64,000 nt of DNA from assembly GCA_963759295.1 (NCBI GenBank), contig CAVWYT010000012.1, forward strand, positions 3,604 to 67,603, read 5' to 3'. Below the pieces are notes generated by a model that was not told where the DNA came from, did not search any database, and saw nothing but the letters and a program-made list of their open reading frames with translations. This DNA is from an uncultured Solirubrobacterales bacterium (GTDB lineage Bacteria > Actinomycetota > Thermoleophilia > Solirubrobacterales > 70-9). A program made the position numbers and the translations under genes. Shown one piece after another: positions 37,204 through 47,546 of the stretch. The first letter of the stretch is position 1. Each line of letters opens with the position of its first letter.

Positions 37204-38610
37204 TTACTGGTCCGGCGGGATGTTCTGGTTGAGACGGAAGAAGTTGTCGGGGTCGTACTTGCGCTTCAGCGCCTGGAGGCGGTCGTACTTCTGGCGCCCG
37301 TAGGCCTCGCGGACGCGCTCCTGACCCTCGTCCATGAGGAAGTTGACGTAGACGCTCGTGTGGTGGGGCTCGAGCGCCGACCAGAAGTTCCTGACCCACT
37401 CGCGCTCGGCGTCGAAGCCGTCGGCTGTCGCCGTCACGCCGGTGATGTTGAAGGTGTGTCCGGCGTCGCGGCCGTTGAACGCCGTCGCGTCCTCGGGCAC
37501 TCGGGAAACCGCTCCCCCCAGCTGCCAGATCGGGAAAGCGGTCAGCGGCGAGCGAATTCCAAGCGAATGCTCGACGGCGACGTCGACGACATCGTCGTTG
37601 AGAGTCGCGACGTCGCAGGAGCGCATGTAGTACCAGCGGTCGTGGGGGAAGGACGGATCGAACATCGCCTGATGGGCGACATAGGGCTTCGGCTCGCAGA
37701 GGTCGAGCACCGGCGAATCGAACGCCTTCAGGGGTCGGATCGCTGCCTCCCCGTCCTCGACCGGGCCGGCATAACAGCAGACGACGCTGACGACCGGCTC
37801 CCCGTGGAGCTCCGAGGGCACAAACGGAAGCGGCGGCGCTTTTCGTAGGACGACGATCGTCATCAGCTCGTCTTGCGCCTCGGCGCTCCACTCGCGATAG
37901 AAGCGCAGCACGGCGGGAGCCTTGGTCATCGGCCAGAAGATCGGGCCGGCGAAGACGATCGGGCCGACCGGGTGCAGACGGAACTCGAACTCGGTGACGA
38001 TCCCGAAGTTGCCGCCGCCGCCGCGCAGCCCCCAGAAGAGGTCGGGGTTCTCGGTCTCACTGGCCTTCACGAACTCGCCCTCGGCGGTGACCAGGTCCAC
38101 CGAGATCAGCTGGTCGATCGTCAGGCCGTGCTTTCGCTGAAGCCAGCCGATGCCTCCGCCGAGGGTCAGTCCCGCGACCCCGGTGTGGGTGACGATCCCG
38201 CCGGTGGTCGCGAGCCCGAACGCCTGCGTCTCGCGATCGAGCTCGCCCCAGAGGACGCCGGCCTGTGCCCTCGCCGTTCGTGCTTCGGGGTCGACCCGGA
38301 TTCCCTTCATCAGCCCCAGGTCGATGACGATGCCGCCCTCGCAGATCGACAGGCCCGGGAAGCTGTGGCCTCCGCTGCGGACGGCGACAGGGAGGCTCGC
38401 CTTCCTCGCGTAGCTGATCGCCGCGATCACATCCGCGACGCCGGCGCAACGCGCGATCAGCGCCGGGGACCGATCGATGGAGCCGTTCCAGACCTTGCGC
38501 TGGTCGTCGTAGTCGGAGGCGTCGCGGGCGACCAGGCGCCCACGAAACGATCGCTGCAACTCATGCAGTCCGGCTTCGTCCAACTTGCTGTCGGTGGCGA
38601 GCGTGTTCAT
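37204..38610 (-). CDS. FAD-linked oxidase, BBE/vanillyl-alcohol-oxidase family
   Basis: The 468-aa product has FAD_binding_4 (VAVRSGGHSFPGLS...GGIVTHTGVAGLTLGGGIGWL...LRGGGGNFGIVTEFEF) and a BBE-type C-terminus (YVNFL...RLQALKRKYDPDNFFRLNQNIPP). Confidence 0.9.
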   Translation of the reverse strand: MNTLATDSKLDEAGLHELQRSFRGRLVARDASDYDDQRKVWNGSIDRSPALIARCAGVADVIAAISYARKASLPVAVRSGGHSFPGLSICEGGIVIDLGLMKGIRVDPEARTARAQAGVLWGELDRETQAFGLATTGGIVTHTGVAGLTLGGGIGWLQRKHGLTIDQLISVDLVTAEGEFVKASETENPDLFWGLRGGGGNFGIVTEFEFRLHPVGPIVFAGPIFWPMTKAPAVLRFYREWSAEAQDELMTIVVLRKAPPLPFVPSELHGEPVVSVVCCYAGPVEDGEAAIRPLKAFDSPVLDLCEPKPYVAHQAMFDPSFPHDRWYYMRSCDVATLNDDVVDVAVEHSLGIRSPLTAFPIWQLGGAVSRVPEDATAFNGRDAGHTFNITGVTATADGFDAEREWVRNFWSALEPHHTSVYVNFLMDEGQERVREAYGRQKYDRLQALKRKYDPDNFFRLNQNIPPDQ

Positions 38611-38654
38611 GTGGCTGAGATCCGAGCCTTGGGCACCGTCCGGGCGACCGGAAC

Positions 38655-39515
38655 CTAGGTTCGTCCGACCGCCATCAAGGCGAGATTCCGGAGTCTCACC
38701 GCGCCGTCATCCGCGGCCTGACGTCTGATCGCCTCGGTTATCGCCGCCCACGTCTCCTCCTGCACGTCGGGGTGATGAGGATCGATGATCGCGCGGATCG
38801 GCGGGGCGATCTCCTTGACGAAGGTGGTGAACTCCTCGGCAGAATCCCACTCGAAGTCGACTTCGATCTCCTCGACCTCCACCTCAGAGAACCCGGCGGC
38901 ACCGAGCAGTCCGCCCAGCGCGTCGGCGCTCGGTCTCGACAGCGGGCCGGGCGTCCCCGGCGGCGGTGGCGGCACGTCGAGCTGGCGGATCGCGGTTTGC
39001 ATCGGGATCGCGATGAACGGCACGCGCTCCGGCGCTCCCCAGGAGGCGATCGCCATCCGCGAGCCCGGCTTCAAGAAGCCACGGACGCGGCCTGCGGCAG
39101 CCTCCGCGTCGGGCTCGAAGATGATTCCCCAGCGAGAGAGGGCGGCATCGAAGCTCGCCTCCGGGAAGCTTAAGGACGCCGCGGCAGCCTCGACGAACTC
39201 GATGTTGTCCAGGCCGGCGGCCTCGGCCCGGGCGCGGCCGAAGGCGAGCATCTCGGCCGAGATATCGGTCGCGACGACCTCGCCTTCGGGTCCGACGGCC
39301 CGACCCGCCGTCAGCGACGGCTCGCCGTAGCCGGCCGCCACGTCGAGCACGCGGCTCCCGCGTTTGATGCCGGCCAGCTCGACCAGCCGCCGACTGACGG
39401 CGCCTGCCGCGCTATCGATCAGTTCCGACCACTTGCGCCAGCCGCCGGCGGCCACGTTCCATTGCTGGCGCTGCCCCTCCCGGAACTCGACGGGATCCAG
39501 CTGCTGAACTTCCAT
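38655..39515 (-). CDS. Class I SAM-dependent methyltransferase
   Basis: The start is at the internal MEVQQLDPVEF. Motif I is RVLDVAAGYGEPSL, followed by EVVATDIS..ML and FDAALSRWGIIF. The product is 286 aa. Confidence 0.8.
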   Translation of the reverse strand: MEVQQLDPVEFREGQRQQWNVAAGGWRKWSELIDSAAGAVSRRLVELAGIKRGSRVLDVAAGYGEPSLTAGRAVGPEGEVVATDISAEMLAFGRARAEAAGLDNIEFVEAAAASLSFPEASFDAALSRWGIIFEPDAEAAAGRVRGFLKPGSRMAIASWGAPERVPFIAIPMQTAIRQLDVPPPPPGTPGPLSRPSADALGGLLGAAGFSEVEVEEIEVDFEWDSAEEFTTFVKEIAPPIRAIIDPHHPDVQEETWAAITEAIRRQAADDGAVRLRNLALMAVGRT

Positions 39516-39714
39516 GTCCGCTCCTTCCTCGCCCTGGCGATGCCGAACGTATGCGATCGCGGCGGGCGGGTCAAGGGACCTTCCAGCCAAGACGAATAGC
39601 GGCAGCCCGAGCGGGAATACACGCCTCGAGGATGCGGCAGTGCGGGACCGCAACCTGCTCCATCCTCGGTAGTTCTAGTCAGGGGACCATCGATTCGATT
39701 CGAGGAGGCGGGAA

Positions 39715-40521
39715 ATGCAGAGCAGACAGAAGCGCCGGTTGGGATTGGGCGTCTTGCCGTTGTTGGTGATCGCGATGCTGATACCGGCGACCGCCCAGGC
39801 GGCCACGGCCGACCTGGCGATCAGCAAGTCCGCTCGGCCCAATCCGGTCACCGAGGGGGCGGCGCTCACCTACACGATCACCGTCAGCAACCTCGGCCCG
39901 GGAACGGCCGGCAACGCGACCGTGACCGACCAGCTCCCACAGCACGTCGAGTTCGTCTCGGCGGAGCCGGGGTCGTGCGAGTTGAGTGGAAAGAAGGTCA
40001 CCTGTGCGCTGGTCCCGCTCGCCGCTGACGAGGAGGCGACGGTGACGATCACCGTGAGGCCGACGAAGGCCGGGGAGCTGACCAACTCGGCGTCGGTGGC
40101 AGTCGGCGAGGGAGACACCGACCCCGTCGGTGCCAACGACACCGACACCGAGACGACGACCGTGGTCGCGGCCGGCGGCGGCGGCGGTGGTGGCGGTGGC
40201 GGCGGTGGCGCCACCTGCGCCGGACTGGCGGCGACAATCGTCGGCACCGGCGCCGCCGACACGCTCGTCGGTACGACCGCACGCGACGTGATCAAGGCCC
40301 GCGGCGGCAACGACCTCATCCGCGGCCTGGCGTCCAACGACGTCGTCTGCGCCGGCGGCGGCAACGACACCGTCAAGGGCGGGTCTGGCAACGACCGCCT
40401 GAAGGGCGGCTCGGGCAAGGACCTGCTCAAGGGCGGTGGCGGCAACGACGACCTCCTCGGAGGCCCGGGTCGCGACACCTGCCGCGGCGGGTCCGGAGAC
40501 GATACGAAGCGGAGCTGTTAG
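39715..40521 (+). CDS. Secreted protein: signal peptide + DUF11-type Ig-like domain + 12-Gly linker + hemolysin-type Ca-binding (beta-roll) repeats
   Basis: The signal peptide is LGVLPLLVIAMLIPATAQA. The DUF11 pattern reads DLAISKSARPNPVTEGAALTYTITVSNLGPGTAGNATVTDQLP. A GGGGGGGGGGGG run lies at 40174-40209. The GGxGxD-like nonamers read GGNDLIRG, GGGNDTVKGGSGNDRLKGGSGKDLLKGGGGNDDLLGGPGRD. Confidence 0.8.
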   Translation: MQSRQKRRLGLGVLPLLVIAMLIPATAQAATADLAISKSARPNPVTEGAALTYTITVSNLGPGTAGNATVTDQLPQHVEFVSAEPGSCELSGKKVTCALVPLAADEEATVTITVRPTKAGELTNSASVAVGEGDTDPVGANDTDTETTTVVAAGGGGGGGGGGGGATCAGLAATIVGTGAADTLVGTTARDVIKARGGNDLIRGLASNDVVCAGGGNDTVKGGSGNDRLKGGSGKDLLKGGGGNDDLLGGPGRDTCRGGSGDDTKRSC

Positions 40522-40535
40522 TCAACTGCCGAGCT

Positions 40536-40566
40536 GCGCCCCCGGCTCGAGCCGGGCCGGGGGCGC
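40536..40566 (+). terminator. Intrinsic terminator-like hairpin after the DUF11/beta-roll gene
   Basis: An 11-bp perfect stem gcgcccccggc / gccgggggcgc with a 9-nt loop starts 15 nt after the stop at 40521. Confidence 0.5.
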
Positions 40567-40627
40567 CGGGGTAAGCAGCCCACGGGCCGGGTAGTCCCGA
40601 GTCACGATTCGTCCGCTCCGCTTCTAC

Positions 40628-42217
40628 GTGACCCTCTCCGGGGGAGCCTCGCTGGGCGCCTACGAGGCCGGCGCCGCCGCCGGCCTGGTTCTCGCCGCGC
40701 GCTACCTCGACGCCGAGGAGGGTCAGGAGACCACCGTCGACGCAATCGGCGGGGCTTCGGCCGGCGCGCTCGTGAGCTTCTTCACCGCCCACGCACTGCT
40801 CGACGGACTCGATCCGGAGGCGCTCCTGCATGAGACCTGGGTCGAGCGCGTAACCCTGCCACTGCTGCGCGGCAGCGACTCGAAGGCGCTGCTCACCTTC
40901 GACGAGCTTCGCGAGCGCGTACCGGAGGTGCTCGCCGCTGACGGGCCGGCGCGAGCCGACCCGGACGGCATCGACTTTCGTCAGCAGCGCTCGCTGGCGC
41001 TCCACGTGCAGATCACCGGCCTGCGCGGGCTCACGTATCCGATTCGTGGCCTGCGCCGCGACTCGCCGGTGAGCGGCGCGACCTACGCCGATTGGGGGCG
41101 CTTCGAGCTCGAGCCGGGCGGCGGCGTGGAGCAGATGCTCGCGCCCGCCGGCCGCTCGCCCCTCGACTTCGTCCTCGCCTCCGCCGCAAGCCCGGGCGGC
41201 TTCGCTCCGCAGCTGCTCGACCGCCGCCCCGACGCCGAGGCCTACGAGCGCCACGGGATCGAGAACTTTCCCGAGTCCGGTCATCTCTGGTACACCGACG
41301 GGGGGCTGCTCGGCGCACAACCGCTCGGACGGGTCATCTCCGCCGCGAGGGCGCTGCATGGCGCGGGCGAGGGCTCCAAGGGCCTTCATGTCCTCATCGA
41401 TCCGCGATCCGAGAACGCCTCGCTGGACAGGTGGAGTGATCCGGACGCCGACCCGAGCTGGCAGACCGGCGCCTCGCGCGCGCTCGCGATCCTCTCCGAG
41501 CAGAGCCTCTTCGACGACATGCGCCGGATCGAGAAGGACAACTCGAGGATCGAGTGGGCCGAGCGGCTCGCCGATCGGCTCGCGGAGGACCTCGACGACA
41601 AGGCCGCGTCCAGCTTGCGGGAGTTCGTCGCGGAGGTGGGATCCGAGCGCGCGGGCATGCGCGCCGACGAGCGTCACCGTGGCCGCGACGACACGGACGC
41701 GGCGGACGGCGAGCTGACCGAGCTGCTGCGCCGGGCACTGTGTGAGATCGGCGGCCTGGTCGGCAAGGAGCGCGTCGCGATCGACGTGATCTCCCCGCTG
41801 GTACTTGCCGACGGCTCCGACGACGACGTCGGCAGCCTGCTGGCAGGCGAGTTCATGGGCGACTTCGGCGGCTTTCTCAGCCACGAGCTGCGCGCCAGCG
41901 ACTTCGCGCTCGGCTACCAGAGCACGATCGCCTGGCTCGAGCAGGGCCTGTCCGCGTGCGAGCTCGACGACGAAATCGTCCGCCGCACGGTGTCCTTCGT
42001 CGAGTCCAAGCGCCGATACGACATCGACGAGGTCCGTAGCGGTGACGCCGAGCTCTCGGACCTCTCGATCGCCGATCGGTTCGAGCTCGTCCGCCTCGGC
42101 GCCCACCTCGCCAGGGTTCTCGGCGCCGGCGCCCTCGACCTACGCTCGCGGATCCCGGACGGACTCGGCCGCGCAATCGAGCGAAGCCGCCAGCGGTTGC
42201 CGGGGGGCGGGGACTAG
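40628..42217 (+). CDS. Patatin-like phospholipase with DUF3376-like C-terminal domain
   Basis: The 529-aa product uses a GTG start. It has LSGGASLGAYEAG (Gly-rich oxyanion loop), GGASAGA (GxSxG) and WYTDGGLLGAQPL (catalytic Asp). The C-terminal half reads FMGDFGGFLSHELRASDFALGYQ, reminiscent of the actinobacterial DUF3376 extension. Confidence 0.8.
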   Translation: MTLSGGASLGAYEAGAAAGLVLAARYLDAEEGQETTVDAIGGASAGALVSFFTAHALLDGLDPEALLHETWVERVTLPLLRGSDSKALLTFDELRERVPEVLAADGPARADPDGIDFRQQRSLALHVQITGLRGLTYPIRGLRRDSPVSGATYADWGRFELEPGGGVEQMLAPAGRSPLDFVLASAASPGGFAPQLLDRRPDAEAYERHGIENFPESGHLWYTDGGLLGAQPLGRVISAARALHGAGEGSKGLHVLIDPRSENASLDRWSDPDADPSWQTGASRALAILSEQSLFDDMRRIEKDNSRIEWAERLADRLAEDLDDKAASSLREFVAEVGSERAGMRADERHRGRDDTDAADGELTELLRRALCEIGGLVGKERVAIDVISPLVLADGSDDDVGSLLAGEFMGDFGGFLSHELRASDFALGYQSTIAWLEQGLSACELDDEIVRRTVSFVESKRRYDIDEVRSGDAELSDLSIADRFELVRLGAHLARVLGAGALDLRSRIPDGLGRAIERSRQRLPGGGD

Positions 42218-42253
42218 GGCGAGGTCGAGCTCAGCGCTCCCGGCTGACCGGCG

Positions 42254-42895
42254 TCAGTCGCCCGCGGACGAGTAGGCGAAGCTCGACTCGTAGCCGCAGA
42301 CGGCCTCGAACTCGAACCCGAGGCCGGCTTCCTCGACCTCGATCAGGTCGGCGTGGAGCTCGCGGCCGGCGCGGTGGTGGCCCGGGATGATGCAGGTGAC
42401 CGTCGCCTTGCCTTCGACGGGTGCGCGGATCCGCACCGTGACGGTATCCGCCGCTCGAAGCCAGCCCCTGCCGGGCGTATGGTCGATCTCGATCGGGACG
42501 GTGTGGACCCCGAGCAGGTCGCTCGCCTTCCACACCCATGGGAACTGTTCTTCCGGGGTGCCGCCGAGGCGCCCGAGGAAGATCTCGCGGAGCGCTTCGC
42601 GCTGGCGATCGGCGCCGCGCTCGTCGAGGTAGAGGTGAAAGCTCCAGGGAGAACCCGGCTCGTCGTCGTCGTATCTGAGGGCGAGCGCGATATTGAGCCC
42701 GGCGAGCTCCACGCCGCCCGCCTTCCCGCGCTCGACCCGCCACGAGAGCACCCCCATGCAGATCCCGTGCGTGGAGCGACCGCCCGCGGCTCCGTCGATC
42801 CTTCGGCAGGGACAGATCGGGTCGCAGTTGCAGGCCTCGAGGTAGGTGCCCGAGATCTCCCAGGGAAGGTAGCCCGTGATCGCGGCAGCGTACAA
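42254..42895 (-). CDS. DUF1326-family protein
   Basis: A TTG start at 42893-42895 gives (M)[31 protein letters not shown].... The W.l.G.y.E.CNC...CPC signature of DUF1326 is present. The longer track ORF to 43066 is an unlikely extension. Confidence 0.7.
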   Translation of the reverse strand: MYAAAITGYLPWEISGTYLEACNCDPICPCRRIDGAAGGRSTHGICMGVLSWRVERGKAGGVELAGLNIALALRYDDDEPGSPWSFHLYLDERGADRQREALREIFLGRLGGTPEEQFPWVWKASDLLGVHTVPIEIDHTPGRGWLRAADTVTVRIRAPVEGKATVTCIIPGHHRAGRELHADLIEVEEAGLGFEFEAVCGYESSFAYSSAGD

Positions 42896-44309
42896 GGTAG
42901 GTTCCGGGGCGGCACCCGTGCGAGAACTCCCCGATTCACCGCTCTCGCTGTGGCTCGCCGAGTACGGCGAGTACGTACCCGAGGCGCCGCTTGCCGGGGA
43001 GGTCGACGTCGATGTCGCCGTCATCGGCGGCGGCTTGACCGGGATGGCGGCCGCGATCGCGCTCAAGCGCCGCGATCCATCGCTCGACGTCGCCGTGCTC
43101 GAGGCGAGAACCGTGGGCTACGGCGCCAGCGGCCGCAACGGGTCCTTCGCGATGACCGTGATCGGACTCGGCTTCGGCACGACGGCGTTGATGCGCGGCA
43201 AGCGGTTCCTCCAGCGTGCCCACTCCTACATGGAGAGCTGCGTCGACCGACTGGAGGAGTTCATCGACGAGGCCGGGCTGGAGTGCGACAAGGTTCGCCC
43301 CGGCTTTCTGCGCGTGGCGACCGCCCCGAGCTACGTCAGGCGATTGCAGAAGCAGGTCGAGCTGATGGACTCGCTCGGGTTCGAAGGAATCAGCTGGATC
43401 GATGCCGCGTCGACGCGCGCGATGGTCGGCTCCGAGCGCTATTTGGGGGCGATGTGGGAGCCGCGCCTGGTGCTCGTCAACCCCGCCCGGTTGGTCCGCG
43501 AGGAGAGGCGGCACGCGATCGACCAAGGGGTTCGGGTCTTCGAGCGCTCACCGGTCCTCGCCCTCGCGCGGACCCACGCCGTGGCAGGCCGCGGCCGCGC
43601 CTATCGCCTGCTCACCCCCGAGGGTTCGATGACTTCGCGAAAGCTGGTCTTCGCCACCAACGCCTACTCGCATCTGTTCACCGAGCTCGCCCCCCTGCAG
43701 GTGCCGGCGTTCACCTACATGATCGCCACCGAGCCGCTGACCGACGACCAGCTCGGGCCGATCGGCTGGGAGGGCGGTCAGGGGGTCGAGGACGCTCGCA
43801 ACCTCATCCACTACTACCGGCTGACACCGGACAGGCGGATCGTGATCGGCGGAGGCCCGGTCGGCTTGACCGCGGGCGGCGGCCTCGACCGCGATCGCGA
43901 CGAGCGGGCGTGGCGACACCTCGAGCACCACGTCCACTGGCTCTGGCCGCATCTTTCCGAGGTGGCGATCACACATCGCTGGGGTGGCCCGTTCTCGGTG
44001 ACGGCCGACCTCACCCCGGCGCTCGGGTACGTCGGCGACGACCACAACGCGGTCTACGGCCTCGGTTGCATCGGGCACGGGGTCTCGATGAGCTACCGCA
44101 ACGGCGAGCTGCTGGCGGAGCTGCTGCTCGGCGACGGCGAAGGGCCGGCACGAGAATGCCCGTTCGTGAACCGGCGGGTGATCCCATGGCCCGGCGAGCC
44201 GCTGGCGAGCGCGGCCAAGCATGCGCTCCGCGGCTATCTGCAGGCCGAGGACGCCTTCCACGAGAAGGTCCTGGCCACACCCGCGGCGCGTAGGCTCGGG
44301 CTCACGTGA
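42876..44309 (+). CDS. FAD-dependent oxidoreductase (DAO/glycine-oxidase-like family)
   Basis: The sequence reads [45 protein letters not shown]...GPVGL...[10 protein letters not shown]. The true start is probably the GTG near 42918, which would remove the overlap with the divergent DUF1326 gene. Confidence 0.8.
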   Translation: MIAAAYKVGSGAAPVRELPDSPLSLWLAEYGEYVPEAPLAGEVDVDVAVIGGGLTGMAAAIALKRRDPSLDVAVLEARTVGYGASGRNGSFAMTVIGLGFGTTALMRGKRFLQRAHSYMESCVDRLEEFIDEAGLECDKVRPGFLRVATAPSYVRRLQKQVELMDSLGFEGISWIDAASTRAMVGSERYLGAMWEPRLVLVNPARLVREERRHAIDQGVRVFERSPVLALARTHAVAGRGRAYRLLTPEGSMTSRKLVFATNAYSHLFTELAPLQVPAFTYMIATEPLTDDQLGPIGWEGGQGVEDARNLIHYYRLTPDRRIVIGGGPVGLTAGGGLDRDRDERAWRHLEHHVHWLWPHLSEVAITHRWGGPFSVTADLTPALGYVGDDHNAVYGLGCIGHGVSMSYRNGELLAELLLGDGEGPARECPFVNRRVIPWPGEPLASAAKHALRGYLQAEDAFHEKVLATPAARRLGLT

Positions 44310-45205
44310 GCGCCTCCGCCGACGCTCGAACGACCGGCTCGCGGACGGGTGTCGCGGTGGTGACCGACAGCACGTCCTACCTGCCCCGGGAGCTGGTCGA
44401 GCGCTGGGCGATTCGCGAGGTCAGCTTGTACGTCGGCTGGGGCGGCGACCTGCGGCCCGAGCACGAGTACGACGACCTCGATGCCTTCTACGCGCGGTTG
44501 CGCGAATCCGCGGTGTTGCCGACGACCTCGCAGCCGTCGGTCGGAGACTTCCTCGCCGCCTTTGAGCCGCTCACCGGCGCGGGCCGCGACGTGATCTCGG
44601 TCCACATCGCCGGCGGCATCTCCGGCACCTGCGAGAGCGCAGCGCAGGCAGCGCGGATCGTGGCCGACAAGGGGCACCCCGGGCGGGTCGAGGTCGTTGA
44701 CGGCCAGACCGGGGCCGGCGGTCTGGGCTGCCTCGTCCTGGCCGCCGCGCGGGCCGCCGAAGAAGGCGCGGAGCTGAACGCCGTGGTCGCGGCCGCCCGC
44801 GACGCCCGCAAGCGCCTCGAGCTCTGGTTCTGTCTCGATACGCTGGAGTACCTTCGCCGCGGTGGGCGCATCGGCGCCGCGCGGGCGATGCTCGGGACCG
44901 CGCTGAGCGTCAAGCCGATCCTCACCTTCGGGACCGAGATCACCCCAGTCGGGCGGGTGCGGACGCGGCGCCGGGCGCTCGAGCGGATGGCTGCCTACCT
45001 CGAGGAGCTTCGCGACCGCGGCGCCACGGCATGGATCGTCCAGCACGCCCAAGCTGCCGAGGACGCCGAGACTCTGGTCTCTGAGGGTGCGGCGATCTTC
45101 GGCGTCGCGCCGCTGTTCTGCACGCAGGTGGGCCCGGTGCTCGGCACCCACCTCGGCTCCGGAGTGCTGGTTGGAGGAATCGTGGGCGCCTCGAGGGAGA
45201 GCTGA
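44306..45205 (+). CDS. DegV-family fatty-acid-binding protein
   Basis: The 299-aa product reads [12 protein letters not shown]...[15 protein letters not shown]...[17 protein letters not shown]...[15 protein letters not shown]...LSVKPIL. The start overlaps the upstream stop (GTGA). Confidence 0.9.
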   Translation: MSASADARTTGSRTGVAVVTDSTSYLPRELVERWAIREVSLYVGWGGDLRPEHEYDDLDAFYARLRESAVLPTTSQPSVGDFLAAFEPLTGAGRDVISVHIAGGISGTCESAAQAARIVADKGHPGRVEVVDGQTGAGGLGCLVLAAARAAEEGAELNAVVAAARDARKRLELWFCLDTLEYLRRGGRIGAARAMLGTALSVKPILTFGTEITPVGRVRTRRRALERMAAYLEELRDRGATAWIVQHAQAAEDAETLVSEGAAIFGVAPLFCTQVGPVLGTHLGSGVLVGGIVGASRES

Positions 45206-45319
45206 CCCGAAACTTGCACGACCCGCCGAGGCACAGGTTAGGGTTGCGGTGGTGCTGTCCGAGGCCATTGGGCGCACCCTCGATCGCAGAACGCGGTCGA
45301 GCACAGAAGGGAGGCACAG

Positions 45320-45721
45320 GTGAGAGGTGCAGGTCGGGTTGTGTTCGCAGCCATCGTGCTGCTGGTCGTGGGCACGATCAACATCATCTACGGCATCGGC
45401 GCGCTCGACGATGCGAACATCTTCGTCAACGACACGAGGTTCATCCTCTCGAACCTGAACACCCTGGGCTGGGTGCTGATCATCCTCGGGGTGCTCCAGC
45501 TGACCGGGGGATTCTCCCTCATGGCCGGCAACACCTATGGCCGGGTGATCGGGATCGTCGCCGGCACCCTCGGCGCGATCGGCGCCCTGCTGTCGATCGG
45601 CCAGGGCAACCCGTGGTGGTCGCTCGCCGTCTTTGCCCTCTGCGTCTACGTCGTCTACGGCATCTTGGTCTTCGGCGAGGATGATCGGACCACGGCGAGA
45701 GGAGACCGAGGAGCGCTGTAG
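45320..45721 (+). CDS. Integral membrane protein (4 predicted TM helices), unknown function
   Basis: The 133-aa product uses a GTG start with GGGAGG upstream. The hydrophobic segments are VVFAAIVLLVVGTINIIYGIGAL, LGWVLIILGVLQLTGGFSLM, VIGIVAGTLGAIGALLSI and WWSLAVFALCVYVVYGILVF. Confidence 0.65.
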   Translation: MRGAGRVVFAAIVLLVVGTINIIYGIGALDDANIFVNDTRFILSNLNTLGWVLIILGVLQLTGGFSLMAGNTYGRVIGIVAGTLGAIGALLSIGQGNPWWSLAVFALCVYVVYGILVFGEDDRTTARGDRGAL

Positions 45722-45809
45722 TTGACGTCGCGGGAGCCCGGCCCACCGCCGGGCTCCCCGCCTCGGTCATCTTCGGACCTGATCGTCGACGCGGCGGCAC
45801 CGCCCAGGC

Positions 45810-47150
45810 ATGAACACCCAGCAGGCAACCGAGAAGGGCCGGCGTCGCGCGCTGCCGATCATGCTCATCGTCCTCGCGACGATCATCGGCATCGTCTCGG
45901 TGTTCGGGCTGTGGGCCAAGCGCCAGCTGCTCGAAACCGAGACCTGGACCACGACCAGCGAGCGGCTGATCCAAGACTCCGACATCCAGGCCGCGGTCTC
46001 CAACTTCGCCGTCACCGCGATCTACGACAACGTCGATGTTCAGGCGGCGCTCGCCGAGCGCCTGCCACCAGAGGTCGCGCCGCTCGCCGGCCCGATTGCA
46101 GGGGCGCTTCGCAGCGCCGCCGGCGACGTCGCCCTGAAGGCGCTCGATCAGCCGAAGGTCCAGCAGCTCTGGGTGCAGGCGACCGCAGCGGCGCAGAGCA
46201 AGCTGATCGCCCTGATCGACGACGAGGGGGAGTTCGTCTCGACCACCGGCGGGGTGGTGACGCTCGACCTCAAATCGCTGCTCGAGTCGGTGACCGCGCA
46301 ACTCGGCCTCCCAGGGGCGCTGGTGGCGAAGCTTCCGGAGTCGGCGACCTCGATCGAGGTGATGAAGTCGAGCGAGCTCGACGCAGCGCAGAAGGGCCTC
46401 AAACTCTTAAAGACCGCGGGCTACGTCCTCACGGCGATCACGCTGCTGCTCTACGCGGCTGCGATCGCGCTCGCGCGCGGCCGGCGCCGCGAGACGCTGC
46501 GCGCCGTCGGCTTCTCCTTCATCGTGATCGGCGCCGCCGTCCTGTTCGCCCGTAGCGCCGGGGGCGACGCCGTCGTCAGTTCGCTCAGCGGGGCTGCCTC
46601 CTCCGATGACGCCGTCAGAGCCGCGTTCACGGTCGGCACCTCGCTGATGCTCGAGACCGGGCAGTCAATCGTCGCCTACGGGATCGTGATCGTGCTCGCG
46701 GCCTGGCTCGCGGGGCCGACCGCGTTGGCGACCTCGGTCCGCCGGGGGATGACCCCTTACCTGCGCCAGCCGCGGTTCGCCTACGGCGGGCTCGCGGTGC
46801 TGCTGGTGCTGCTCTTCTGGTGGGACCCGGTGATCGCCACCCACCGGCTCGTGCCGTCGCTGCTGCTGATCGCCTTCGCGGCGCTCGGGACCGAGCTCCT
46901 GCGTCGCCAGGTGATCCGTGAGTTTCCGGACCTCGTCACCGCGCGCTCGCCCGCCGCGGTCGCACAGGCGATCGCCGAGCGGATGCGCACCGCGCGCGAG
47001 CGCCGGGTTGGCGCAGCCGCTGCCCCCGCCGCCGCGCCGGCGGGCGAGGAGCGGGTCGCCGCCCTGGAGCGGCTCGCTCGACTGCGCGACACCAACGTGC
47101 TCAGCGAGCAGGAGTTCGCGACCGAGAAGGCGCGGATTCTCGCCGGCTGA
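45810..47150 (+). CDS. Multi-pass membrane protein with C-terminal SHOCT domain
   Basis: The 446-aa product has an N-terminal TM helix LPIMLIVLATIIGIVSVFGLW and several later TM helices. The terminal ERVAALERLARLRDTNVLSEQEFATEKARILAG is the SHOCT short oligomerisation motif. Confidence 0.7.
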   Translation: MNTQQATEKGRRRALPIMLIVLATIIGIVSVFGLWAKRQLLETETWTTTSERLIQDSDIQAAVSNFAVTAIYDNVDVQAALAERLPPEVAPLAGPIAGALRSAAGDVALKALDQPKVQQLWVQATAAAQSKLIALIDDEGEFVSTTGGVVTLDLKSLLESVTAQLGLPGALVAKLPESATSIEVMKSSELDAAQKGLKLLKTAGYVLTAITLLLYAAAIALARGRRRETLRAVGFSFIVIGAAVLFARSAGGDAVVSSLSGAASSDDAVRAAFTVGTSLMLETGQSIVAYGIVIVLAAWLAGPTALATSVRRGMTPYLRQPRFAYGGLAVLLVLLFWWDPVIATHRLVPSLLLIAFAALGTELLRRQVIREFPDLVTARSPAAVAQAIAERMRTARERRVGAAAAPAAAPAGEERVAALERLARLRDTNVLSEQEFATEKARILAG

Positions 47151-47201
47151 GGTCGACGGGCGCCCGCTTAGAGTCGCGTCCATGCGGGTACGTCCCGACC
47201 C

Positions 47202-47444
47202 ATGACCATCGCGATCATCGTCGTCGTCTGCATCGTCCTCCTGGTGCTCGCCTTCCTCCTGCCGCGGCTCTCGCGTCATCCTCAGCGGGGCGTGGATCGC
47301 ACGCTCGGCACCGGGCAGAGTGCCGCCTCCACCGCGCCCGGGAAGCTCGGCCAATGGCTTCAAAAGCCATTTTCGAGCTCACGCAAGGCGACCAACAAGA
47401 GCGCCGCCAAGGGACGCGAGGGTCGCGAGAAGGCGCCCTTCTAG
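47202..47444 (+). CDS. Small membrane protein (80 aa), hypothetical
   Basis: The product MTIAIIVVVCIVLLVLAFLLPRLSRHPQRGVDR... has one N-terminal TM helix and a basic tail. Confidence 0.5.
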   Translation: MTIAIIVVVCIVLLVLAFLLPRLSRHPQRGVDRTLGTGQSAASTAPGKLGQWLQKPFSSSRKATNKSAAKGREGREKAPF

Positions 47445-47546
47445 GCGACGCCCGCCCCGGTGAAGCCTGCATCGACGGGCTGGGTTTCGATCCGCCTCAT
47501 CCCCATGTGAGCAGGTGCGGAGCCGTAGGATCCCCCTGCGGACTCC

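Noticed and set aside
40628-42217. The stand-alone patatin was considered as a CBASS or other defence-system effector.
   Set aside because: No cyclase/CD-NTase, sensor or other defence partner is adjacent. The C-terminal half resembles the widespread actinobacterial DUF3376 extension. The neighbours are a secreted beta-roll protein and a DUF1326 gene.
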